DNA of 64,000 nucleotides from Azolla caroliniana (taxonomy: Eukaryota; Plantae; Polypodiophyta). Under the pieces are notes generated by a model that made no database searches, was not told the origin of the DNA, and saw only the letters and a list, made by a program, of their open reading frames with translations. The stretch lies in assembly GCA_043228905.1 (NCBI GenBank), contig JBHGNT010000009.1, forward strand, positions 8,618,001 to 8,682,000. The letters run 5' to 3'. Both the position numbers and the translations under genes were made by a program. This document shows positions 10,925 to 22,138 of the stretch, piece by piece; position 1 is the first letter of the stretch; every line of letters begins with the position of its first letter.

Positions 10925-11465
10925 GTGTCGTCGGGTCCCGTTCCCTGCCGCCACCGTCCTTCTTCCTCGGTCTAACGTTGCCACGTTGGCCGATCAGCCG
11001 GGGTCTCCGGATCGGTGTGAGGGTCCCAGAGGACCGGACTCCGTTTCTATGCTTGCCGAAATTCGGGTGTCTTTTGTTTGAGTCCCTCCCGGACTCTCCT
11101 CGTGTCCTCCGCGTCGTCAGGTCTCGTTTTCCGCCGCCACCAACCTTCTCTCTCGGTCTCATGTTGCCACGTTGGCCGAACTGCCAGAGTCTCTGGTTAA
11201 GTGTGGGGATCCCGTAGGACCAGACTTCCTTACGCCCTTTGCGTTCGTCACCTCGCCGCCACCGTCAGTATCTTGGTCTTACGTCGACCGCGTCGCCGAC
11301 TGCCGAAGTCTCTAGAACCGGTGTGAAGGATCCTCCGTAGACCGCCCATCCGTAGCCCTTTTGCCTTCGTCACCTCGCCGCCACCATCATTATCTTGGTT
11401 TTACGTCGACCGCGTCGCCGACTGCCGAAGTCTCTAGAACCGGTGTGAAGGATCCTCCGTGGGCC
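10925..11465. repeat. Degenerate internal tandem repeats of element N (about 120-180 bp units)
   Basis: TACGTCGACCGCGTCGCCGACTGCCGAAGTCTCTAGAACCGGTGTGAAGGATCCTCCGT occurs near 11280 and near 11402. Related units lie near 10975 and 11160. Confidence 0.75.
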
Positions 11466-11857
11466 TCCGATTTGTCTTCGCGACCCTGTCCCGGGTCGTC
11501 CTTTTCCGCATGCCGAGAGGGCGGTTTACTCCCGTGGTACCGATGTACCGTCTCCTCGGCCTCTCCGTAGGCCTGCTCTCTTCCTCCCTCCTGGAATGGT
11601 CATCCGGGAGTCCGCTCCGCCCGGTTCTCGTCCGGGTCCGTTCGTCCTTCTCCGAATTGCCGGGTCTCATTCTCCTGTCGCTAGCGATCTCGCCTATAGG
11701 ACTTACGTCGGCAATCGGGCTGGCAGCCGGATCCGTGTAAGGAACTCCATAGGACCGGCTTTCATTCTCCTTCCAACTCTCGACCTTCGCCCGGTCGGTC
11801 TTTCTCCCCATGTAAAAGAGGGCGGCTCGTCCCACACCCCCTTCCGTATCGGCACTT

Positions 11858-13099
11858 TCACGCCGAATCCGGCCCCGATCGAACGATCCACGACCGGATC
11901 ACGCTCCACCCGTATCGGAAAGCCGATCTCCTCGTGCCGCGTCTGTCCTCGGCCTCCTCACAGGCCGTTTCCCATCCATCTTTGCTGGCATCGTGCCAGG
12001 ACTCCTCAGTACCGCCATCCATCTCCTCGGTCTTACAAGGGCATACGGGCCCGAATGCCGAGTTCTCCTCGTGGTCGGCGGTCGTCTTCTTACCGATCGC
12101 GCAAGCCCCGTTTGGGCTTGCTTCTCCAATGACCGGGATCTCGGGCTGACACGCCCGAAACCGCTGGTCCCAACATTCCGGTTCCGCGATCTGTATCTCG
12201 GCCTCGTCCTTGGCCGTTCTATCTCCGCAAGTCGAGAGGGCGTTTCGTTCCGCACCCTCTCCCGTGGTACCGTGGTACCGATCTTCCGCCGTCACGTGGG
12301 GCAAGTCCGTCTCCTCAGTCTCGGCTTGCAGCCTCCGTCTTTCCTCTTCCTCGAGCATCACCTCGAGAGCTGCGTACGCCTCCGCAATCCTGGCCCCAAC
12401 GCTGACCCTCGCCGACTCTCTTTGCCGTTCGGCCTCTTCCCATTGTGATGGCACGCCGTCACGTACCTTCCTCTTAGCCTTCTCGGCTCACTCGTTGTCT
12501 AGCCGTTAGCACACCCTTCCGACCTTCGACCAGTCCTCCGTAAGCCCATTCGCTCCATCATCGTCTTCGAGCTCAATCCCGATGGCCTCCCGTTCCGCTC
12601 GGTCGATCGACCTGACGAACAATAGGACCTTGTCCGCCCCCACCAAACCTTGTTCCTGCTCCGGGAGCCGAGCAAGCCGCCGCTCAAACTCTTGAAATGC
12701 CTTGGCAGCGCCATGGTGGGTCTTTGCCGATGCTACCCACTGGTCAAAGTCGTGCCGTCACCGGCTCTTCTGCCGTCCTCCGTATGCCTTCAGGAGCGCC
12801 TCTTCGAAGGCCTCCCACGAACTATGAGCCTCACGGAGCTCCTTTATTTCCGCATGCATCCGGACAGCCACGACCCGACAGAAGAACTCCAGCCTTAACG
12901 CCTCGTCTACGCCACGCTCCTCCATTTACGCGTTGTAGGCTTCCAAGTAAGATGGGACTTTGTCCCCGTTGAAACGGCCGACTCTTTCGACCACTCGCTC
13001 AACCGCTTGTTGCGCTGCTTCTCGCCTCATCACCACTTGTGCCGACTCCAACACCACTTCAGCCACCATCTCCGCAAGGTCGTCGTCTTCCGACTCCAT
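11858..13099 (-). pseudogene. Gag-like ORF of element N with in-frame stops
   Basis: Manual translation from ATG 13099 gives VGRFNGDKVPSYLEAYNA*MEERGVDEALRLEFF...SSWEAFEEALLKAY, which resembles a Ty3/gypsy capsid N-terminus. Confidence 0.7.
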
Positions 13100-13119
13100 C
13101 CTCCCTTGCCGCCTTTCAA

Positions 13120-13132
13120 GTCGGGTTCACCA
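13120..13132 (-). promoter_or_regulatory. Primer binding site of element N, complementary to tRNA-Trp
   Basis: The plus strand reads GTCGGGTTCACCA, matching the recalled 3' end of plant tRNA-Trp, 4 nt from the LTR. Confidence 0.75.
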
Positions 13133-13263
13133 AAGATGTCGCGTTACTACGCGCGTGCGTGGAGAAAGGCGGGACCACGGGGGTCTTGGACTAGGGAGTG
13201 ATGGAGCGTAGGAAGTCGTGCTTCACCGTCTCCGGGGCATCCCAGAAGCACACCAGAAGCAAC

Positions 13264-13297
<34 letters not shown>

Positions 13298-13837
13298 TTA
13301 ACACCGACTCACGCACACACACTCACACACACACAGGCCAACCCGACTCACACCCTTAAGTACAGGAAATGCAAGAAAGGGGAAGCACCCGACACCAACG
13401 AAGATGCGAATATACACAGACAGACGCAAACGTATATATATCTAAAAGAAGAATACATTTCCCGGCGTCGAGCCGGACAGAGGTAGGTTACAGTAGTCGT
13501 CAGCTGCCAAGCCGCTGGTCGGGGAGCTCACGGGCCCGTCGCATCGAGCGGGGTCTTGCGCAGGAGATGAGTTGAAGCAAACCCTAAGCGAACACGAAGG
13601 GGAAGAAGAAGAAGAAGAAGAAAAAAACTAACTCTAAACCTAACGGTATACCCTCTAATGCAAAATGGGCAACCCTTTCAGAAAGGGTGTTCCCTTCCTT
13701 TTATAGAATAAGGACAGGGATGCGTTACAATGTGGGATAAACCCCGACTTACATGGGTGCGTACACACGCTACACCCCGCCGATGTAGCCAATGTTTCCC
13801 GGTTTCCGCCTCTGGCCGAAATTCTTCACGACAACGT

Positions 13838-16800
13838 GTTACACGTCCCGACAATCATGAAGAATTTGATGTCGGTCGAGCAGATCGTTGACTAGGGGAT
13901 GCAAGTCCGGTTCACGCATCTCGGGTGCTTCATGGAGGAGGAAGGCCAAGTTATTGCGCAAGGGCGCAGAGACGGGAGGATGTTTATCCTCAACACCAAT
14001 GACATTGGCACCGCAATGTTCACAAAAGGACAAAAAGTTGCGTCGGATATTGACTTGTGGCACAAGCGGGTAGGCCACATCAACTATCAAAGGCTTCAGG
14101 ACTTGCAATCGAAACAAGTTGTGTTCGGATTGCCCAAATTCAGTGGCCAGAAGGCCCAAATTTGTGAAGCCTGCCAGCTAGGGAAGCAACACCGACTTCC
14201 TTTCCCCATCGAGCGTAACCGGAGCCGGAACAAGCTCAACTTGCTACCTTCGGATGTATGGGGGCCGGCACAGAACGTTAGTCTTGGCGGGAGTCGATAT
14301 TTTGTCTCCTTCATCGACGACTACACGCGGCACACGTGGATCTATCTCATTGAAAAGAAGAGTAAAGTCTTTGACTGTTTCAAGGACCTCAAAAGCTTTG
14401 TAGAAAGGGAAACAGGGAGAAATATCAAGTCCATGCGGTCGGATGGCGGAAAAGAGTACTTTTCCGGCCAATTCAACAGTTATCTACGAAAAATGAGAAT
14501 TTGGCGCGAATTCAGTTGTAGGTATACGCCGGAGCAAAATGGTGTAGCCGAAAGGAAAAATCGGTCGGTTGTGGAAGCGGCGTGGGCAATGCTAGAAGAA
14601 AAGAGCTTGCCCAAGTTCTATTGGGCCGAAGCGGTACGAACCACGGTCTACATCTAGAATCAGATCGGAGACAAAGTGTCGGCACATGAGCTGTATTTCG
14701 GAAGAAAGCCGAATCTATGACACTTGAGAGTTTTCTGTAGCATTGCGTATGTGCATGTGCCGAAGGAGAAACAGAGGAAGTTGGATGCAAAAGCTGCGAA
14801 CTATATCTTGGTCGGCTATTCCGACGAACAGAAGGGTTATCAGTGTTATAACCCCCGAACCAAACAAGCTCACGTGAGCCGCGATGTTGTGTTTGATGAG
14901 TTTGCGTCCTGGTACTTGCCTCCAACTCCGGATCTCCGGACCCGAGTTCTAAGGATGAGGTCAGCGAGGCTGAAATGCCTCTGGATGACTGCGAAATCAA
15001 GACCGAACGAGCGATGAGAGTCCGATTTCATTTCGGCTAAATGGACTGAACAAGCGGCTGGGTTGGTTTGACTAGTCCGAAGAAGAGCTAGCGAGTAGTG
15101 GAGACTTGGTCGTGCATTCCCGTGCAGGAAGCCAAGGAGACGGTTTACACGCAATGAAAAAGGGAAGAAGAAGATGTCAGAGTATGGTACGAATAAGGGC
15201 AAGTCGGATCGCCGCGAATCCGACTCCGAGAAGAGCAATGACGGGCCTTCGAGGGCGAAGTCCGCGTCGGCCAAGAAAGCCTAAGCATCGACTAATGAGC
15301 AATTACGCCAATCTACCCGCCAGAAGAACCCTGTTGTGCGGTTCGGATACAACGAGTACATGGCACATCACTTCACATACATGATGCGTGTAGCGGAAGT
15401 GCGTGAGCCGGAGAGCTACGCAGAAGTGGCGAAGGACGCAAATTGGCATGCCGCCATGGAGGAAGAGATGCACGCATTGGTAGAGAATGAAACCTGGGAC
15501 CTGGTTGACACATCGAAGGGTGTGAAGTGGATCGGATGTAGGTGGCTGTACAAGTTCAAGTACAACACTGAAGACTCAGTCAACCGATACAAGGCCTGGT
15601 TAGTAGCGAAAGGCTACGCGCAGCAACACGGCATCGACTACGATTGAGACGTTTGCGCCGGTCGCAAAGATGATGACCGTCCGTGTTTTGCTTGCGGTAG
15701 CTGCGGTGAAGGGGTGGCATTTACATCAGATGGATGTCAAGAATGCGTTCCTGCAAGGCGAGCTTGAGGAACAGGTGTACATGGTACAACCCCCCAGATT
15801 TCACTCCAGAATGAACACCTCGGCAGTCTGCCAATTGAAGAAGTCCCTTTACGGACTAAAGCAAGCCCCACGTGCTTGGAACGCGAAAATCACGTTGTCG
15901 GATGGGATTTGCGACATCCAAATCGAACTCTTCACTGTTCATTCGGAAAGGTCAACTCAGGTCGGTTAGTATTTTACTGTATGTTAATGACTTGGTCATC
16001 ACCGGCGCCGACCTAGGTGAAATCGACCGCGTAAAGCTCCAACTCGCGGCATCATTTGACATGAAGGACCTAGGGGACCTTCATTACTTCCTCGGTATCG
16101 AAGTGATCCGTAACCCCGAAGGTGTATTGATCAACCAATGTCATTACACACTGAATATGCTCTTCAAGTTCGGGATGACAGTTTGTAAGCCCATCTCGAT
16201 GCCTCCGGATAGGAACGTGAAGCTTCGCACAAATTCGGGAAAAGCGTGTGACACGACACGGTTCCGACAGATTGTCGGAAGCCTCATCTATTTGACTATT
16301 ACTCGGCCGGACCTCAGTTACCCAGTCAGACTAATCAGTCAATTCATGTCGTGGCCTATGGCCGAACACTTTCAGTGCGCACAAAGGATATTGCGATATG
16401 TCAGCGGCACGAAAGACATGGTGTTGCTATATCGAGAAGGCATAGCCGAATAGTTTGTTGGCTACACGGATGCCGATTGGGCTAGAATTGCCCACAATCA
16501 TAGATCTACATCCGGATACGCATTCTCTCTAGGAACTGCGGCAATTGCGTGGAGTAGTAAGAAGCAGCCAACCGTAGCACTATCGAGCACAGAGGCTGAG
16601 TATCGAGGGGCGATTGTCGCTACGTGCGAAGTCATTTGGTTAAAACGGTTATTACGGGATCTGCATGTAGAGGTGTCTGATCCGACGCCGATCTTTTGTG
16701 ACAACCTCAGTAGTATCCACCTTGCAAAAAAACCCGTGTTCCACGCCCGGACCAAGCACATTGAGGTGCATTACCATTTTGTCCGCGAGCGAGTCCTTTA

Positions 16801-16945
16801 AGGTGAAGTCGAACTGGTGCATGTTCCAACTGATCGGCAAGTTGCCGACATCTTCACCAAGCCTCTTGGTCTCGACAAGTTACGACATTTCTCAGGTGAG
16901 CTTGGGTTGCGTCACCACAACACGCTGAACTTGAGGGGGAGAAAG
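13838..16945 (+). pseudogene. pol: Copia B pol: integrase, RT and RNase H, disrupted
   Basis: [57 protein letters not shown] and GSLIYLTITRPD, with several stops and frameshifts. Confidence 0.92.
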
Positions 16946-17723
16946 GAAGAAGAACAAGAACAAGAGTGTCAAAGGAGCGGAGGAGGTCATCGCGGCGGAA
17001 GTGACCGTGATACGGAATCCGATGAAGAATTCGATTTCGAGCTGGCTGAAGAAGTCGAAGAAAAGAGCAAGGGCCATAACCGTAGAGAAGAGCCAAGGAT
17101 AGCCAAATAAAGGGGAGATACAGCCAAGAAGGGCATAAAGGCCAAGACCAAGACGTGGTCTGATGTAGTCAAAGGCCTAAAGACAAGAGACGAATTGGAG
17201 ACGGCCAATTCGGATGAGAGCGGAATTGAATCGAAAGTGTTTGATTCAATTGGAATGTTCGATTCATATACGCCGAATCAACTGAAGGCCATGCGAAGAA
17301 AAGGGCATCGAAGGACGCGTCGACACCATGACAACAAGGGAGTTTTGAAGGGCCAGATGAGCAGACAAGCCGACCAGAAGGGTCGAGGCATGCGGAATCA
17401 AACATGACGAGGAGCGCGAGCGAGGCATGAAGCCAGAAGAAACCGGAGCAGTGATCCGGAAGAATTAGAAGAGCCTCAAGTTGAGCTTTAGGGGGAGTGT
17501 TGAGATACAAGCTCAACATTAGCCGAACCGGTGCGTAAACTAGGTGCGTAAACCAATACGCAACGAGAAGCCGTAGCGGTGCGTAAACCGTGAGGTCGTT
17601 GGAAAGATATGAGCATTGAAGTATGTGTCAGTACTTCTGTCAGTCCGTATTGACTTGTATAAAAGTGCTCACTGAGCACATCCTATGTACAGACTGAGTA
17701 TTATTTTTTAATAGAGTCGTGTG

Positions 17724-17794
<71 letters not shown>

Positions 17795-18950
17795 ACTCTC
17801 TCTCACTCACTCTCCCGTGTACTTTGTGTGTCCAAGCTCTCCATTAATCCCATGTTTTGCTATGTTCTGCTTTCTGTTGCTTCCGCACGTTGTTCTTTTC
17901 ACAGGATCAGGCGTTGTCCGTCTTCAAGGAGCTCCACGCGAGTGGAAAGAGAAGCAGGCTGGAAGCTTAAGGCAGTTCGAGCAGATAACGGAGGAGAATA
18001 CCAGGGGCAGTTTGAGGAGTACTGCCGGTCGAGAGGAATCTAGCTCGAATTCACCGTGCTGAAGACGACGGAACTGAACGGGCTGGCCGAACGGATGAAC
18101 CAAACCATAATGGAAAGAGTCAGAAGCATTCTAGCACATACAAAGTTACCCGAGACGTTTTGGGCTAAGGCCCTGATGACGGTGACGTATGTGATTAATA
18201 GATCACCCTTGGCACCCTTGGAAGGAGACACACCACAGAGAGTATGGACTGGCAAAGACGTGTCTTATCGGCATTTGAAGGTGTTCGAGTGTCTCGTATA
18301 TGAGCATGTTGCAAAGGACAAGAGAGCAAAGTTGGATCCGAAGTCCATGCCATGCATATTCCTTGGATATGGCGATGATGAGTTTGGTTATCGAGTGTGG
18401 GACCTTGTCAACAAGAAGGAGTTCTGGAGTCGGGACATAGTCTTCATGGAAGACAGGACAATTGTCGATTGGGAGTCGGAGAAGAAGGTGATGAACTCCG
18501 GATCATCCAATGAAAACCGGTTTAAGGACACAAGGACCTATCCGGTTGAAAACCAAAACTTAGCCGATGACCGGTTGACACTCGACGAACCGACCGGATT
18601 CAGACAAAAACCAAACTGACCGAAGAAGAAGAAGAAGAAGACACCAGAACCGGACAAGATCCCAAATCGGATGAGGATGAGGAGCAAATGGAGGAACTGG
18701 TAGCCAAAAATCAAGAACGAAGATATCCTCTAAGAGAGAGGAGAACCCCCCGTAGATTTCCGGATGCAGAGCATGTGTTGCTAACCGATGAAGGGGTGCC
18801 GGAAAGCCTCGAAGAAGCAAGAAAAGACACCCACTACCGCAAGTGGTTAAGTGCCATGCATGACAAGATGGATTCTCTGCTTGAGAACCACACATATGAA
18901 TTGACGGAGTTGCCGAAAGGAAAGAGAGCACTCCGGAACAAGTGGGTGTA

Positions 18951-19472
18951 TGTTACTGGTTTTAGGGTTAGGGTTAATATTTATGATAATGATTATTGAT
19001 GATGGAGATGGTGTGTGCAATGAGCATTGGGGAGGATTGGTGATAATAATGAAGATGGAAATGGTGATGGCATTGAGAAGCATTGTGGGGTGGGAGGTGG
19101 TGCCTAGAATGGCTCCACCCCCCTCCCAAGGGGGTTCAATGTTAAGGGGGAGAGAGAGAGAGAGAAAGATGTCAAAGAGAGAGAGAGAGACAAATGATTG
19201 TTCTCTTCATTCATTCTCCATAAGGGGTTAATTAGGTACAAAGGGGTAGGTACACAAGGGTGCAAGCCCCCTTGGGCATTCACACCTAGTCACTACTCAC
19301 ACCTCTTTGTATCCACCACACTCACACTTACATTCACACTCATAATCGTATAACATTACACATACATATTAACGCATTACATCTTTCACCCTCACTTATC
19401 ACAGTTATCAATCACCCATACATCTCGTACGGTAACACAATATGGTAACAATGTACATCTCGTACGGTAACA
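18951..19472 (-). mobile_element. Solo LTR inserted in the RT of copia A
   Basis: Termini TGTTAC...GTAACA and TSD GTGTA/ATGTA. The host frame W-V-Y-K-L-K rejoins across it. Orientation is inferred from the GA/CT tract. Confidence 0.8.
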
Positions 19473-20902
19473 ATGTACAAGCTGAAACTGGGAGACACCG
19501 AAAATTCACCAAGGTACAAAGCCCAAATCGTGGTGAAGGGGTTCTAGCAGAAGAAAGGTGTGTATTTTGATGAGATCTTTGCCCCGGTTGTAAAGATGAC
19601 ATCCATCTGGATGGTATTGAGCATCGCAACAAGCATGGACCTTGAGTTCGAGCAACTAGACGTCAAGACAACGTTCCTTCATGGTCAACTCGAGGAAGAA
19701 ATCTACATGCAGCAACCGGAAGGATTTGTGAAGAAAGGGAAGGAACAATTGGTATGCCGGCTGAAGAAAAGCTTATATGGATTGAAGCAAACCCCCTTGC
19801 AATGGTACTAAAAGTTTGACTCCTTTATGACTGACCAAGGGTACCACAAGACGCAAGTCGATCATTGCATGTTGTAAGAAATTTGACGCGGGAGACTTTT
19901 TGATACTCCTGCTATATGTGGACGACATGCTGATCGTCGGACGAGACCAAATCAAGATCTGAATGTTGAAGAAGGCTCTGAACAGAATCTTCTCAATGAA
20001 AGATTTGGGTCCGGCAAGACAGATATTAGGCATGCACATAATCAAGGACCGGTCGAAGAAGCTGTTGTGGTTTTCATAGGAGAAATACGTGACAAAGGTG
20101 CTTCGGAGGTTCAATATGGCAGATGCAAAGCCAGTTGGGTCGACATTACCGGTGAACTGTAAGTTGTCCAGAAAACAAAGCCTGAAGAAGAAGGTAGAGA
20201 AGTCGGATATGATGAAGATACCATATGCCTCTGCCATCAAAAGCTTAATGTATGCAATGTTGTGCATACGACCAGATATTGCTTATGCTATCAGAATTAT
20301 CAGCCAGTTCATGAGCAATCCGGGAAGAGAGCACTGGAACGCGGTCAAGTGGATACTCCGGTATTTGAAAGGCACCTCGAGTATGTGCCTCCGATTCGGC
20401 TCCAGTAAACCCCTACTGAATGGATTTACGGATTCGGATATGTAAGTTGATGTGGTTACCAGCAGGTCTACATCCGGATATGCCATGACCTGTGCAAGGG
20501 GAGCCGGATCGTGGCAGTCGAGTCTACAGAAGACGGTGGCGTTGTCAACTATGGAGGTGGAGTACATGGCAACCGTGGAAGCCAGGAAGGAGATAATCTG
20601 GATGAAGGACTTAATCGGAGAGCTAGGGATACGACATGAAGAATACCGGCTCTACTACGACAGTCAAAGTGTCATCCACCTTGCAAAGAACGCAGCGTAC
20701 CATTCCAGGACAAAGCACATCCAGCGCAGGTATCACTGGATCTGGGAGAGATTAGAGGACAAAGACTTCGCATTGATGAAGGTTCACACGGAGGAGAACG
20801 AGTCGAACATGTTGACCAAGGTGTTGACAACCGACAAGTTGGACACGCGCTGAAGACGAACCGAACTGACGAGACATTCCATGCCGGAGTGAAGGGGGAG
20901 AT

Positions 20903-21516
20903 TGTTGGGACATCGATCCCTCTGGATGGGGGACAAAAGGACCGGTTCGGATGAAGCGGATGAAGGAACCGGATCCAAAAGAGATTCGGATGAGAAATGG
21001 AAACCGGATCGAGTGAATCCGAATGGATCCGGTGCGAACCGGATCCAAGAATATATTTGTCAATATGTTTCATGACGAGCCTATTGAGGCTATATTTGTA
21101 AATAGCCCAAAAGTCATATAAGTATAAATATGACTTAGGGCAATCACTTTGTGTGTGTGTGTGTGTGTGTGTGTTGTTAGTTGTAGGTGATTATCGTTGC
21201 CATCATTGTACAAAGAGAGAGAGAGGGAGGGAGGGAGGGAGGGAGATACAAAACTTGTTTTTGTTTTGTAACCGCCACTTTGCGAAGATACAAAGCTCGA
21301 GGTTGTTGCCTCTGAGTCTCACCCTCATAGTGATAGTTGGAGTCTGTGTGCTCTCGTGGTTTTTCCCATTTAGGGTTTTCCACGTTAACAGTCTGTGTCA
21401 TCTTATTTTCAATTTGTTCTCTTCCATTCGTTGTTTAAGACTCGGTTGTGGTTGAGCGTTATTTCCTCTCAGTTCTTTCGATTCTATTGTTGTCGTCTAT
21501 CTAGTTTCTATCAACA
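20903..21516 (+). repeat. 3' LTR of copia A
   Basis: Follows PPT GAAGGGGGAG, has ends TGTTGG...TCAACA, and is homologous to 842-1545. Confidence 0.85.
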
Positions 21517-22138
21517 ACTCTTCTTCTGTACACCGTGAAGATCTCGGTTGGCAACTCTCTACAAGATCGTTTTCGCAAAGAGAAACACCGGCAAAGTCTA
21601 CACTCCACTGTTCTAAATCACCATTGAAGTGAGCCAAGTGGCGGCACTTCACTCCTGTGATTGTAGTAGCTCAGAGTGAGATTTTGCTTACTCTGCCTCA
21701 GCCATACTACATTGGATTAGACAACAATCAAATTGGTCACCTGACACTAGTCACTTGGTTGTCGTAATCACTCACAATTGTCTAGGCTCCAGGAACAACC
21801 CCCTTCCATGCTTCATTCGGCTAGACAACATTCGGAAAGATTAGCTAAATATGTTCTTCTCATTGTCGTAGTCACCTGAAGCAAGATCGGCCTGGATAAT
21901 CGGCACATCTTGTATGTTTGGAAATCTCAAAAATTGACATTCGAAATTGAATCGACATACTCTGGTCCAAGTCGACTAGGCTAGTCAGTCGTAGTCACTT
22001 CGGATCGAGTCTCTCGAATTTCAAATCAGATCCGGCTTGTGATCAAACTCGACTAGAACAAATTCAGGTGAGCCAGTCTGCTGCACCCAACCACTATTTG
22101 TAGCCAACCCCAAACAAAGCCTCCCAAAATCGACACAG

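Larger units (their letters stand above)
9205..13833 (-). mobile_element. Non-autonomous gag-only LTR retrotransposon N (TR-GAG/LARD-like)
   Basis: LTRs at 9205-9952 and 13137-13833 (TGTCG...CGACA), PBS TGGTGAACCCGAC, PPT GGTGGGGGTGGA and TSD ACGT. The 3.2-kb interior holds a gag remnant, and I saw no RT, RNase H or integrase motifs. Confidence 0.88.
7550..17903 (+). mobile_element. Full-length degenerate Ty1/copia element B
   Basis: LTRs at 7550-7930 and 17498-17903, PBS TGGTATCAGAGC at 7931-7942 (tRNA-iMet), PPT AGGGGGAG at 17490-17497 and TSD GGATT/GGATC. Confidence 0.93.
7241..21516 (+). mobile_element. Degenerate Ty1/copia element A (Tnt1/Tork-like), interrupted by copia B and a solo LTR
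   Basis: Integrase at 7241-7549 and 17904-18620 rejoins as KTKD-QALSVFKE. RT and RNase H at 18700-18950 and 19473-20892, PPT at 20891-20900 and 3' LTR at 20903-21516. Many stop codons. Confidence 0.88.

Noticed and set aside
9819-12450. Many overlapping plus-strand ORFs of 100-290 aa as genes
   Set aside because: GC-rich repetitive interior of element N. The translations are low-complexity, have no recognisable domain, and are antisense to the element.
18960-18977. TTTAGGGTTAGGG as an interstitial telomere
   Set aside because: Only two units, within a solo LTR.
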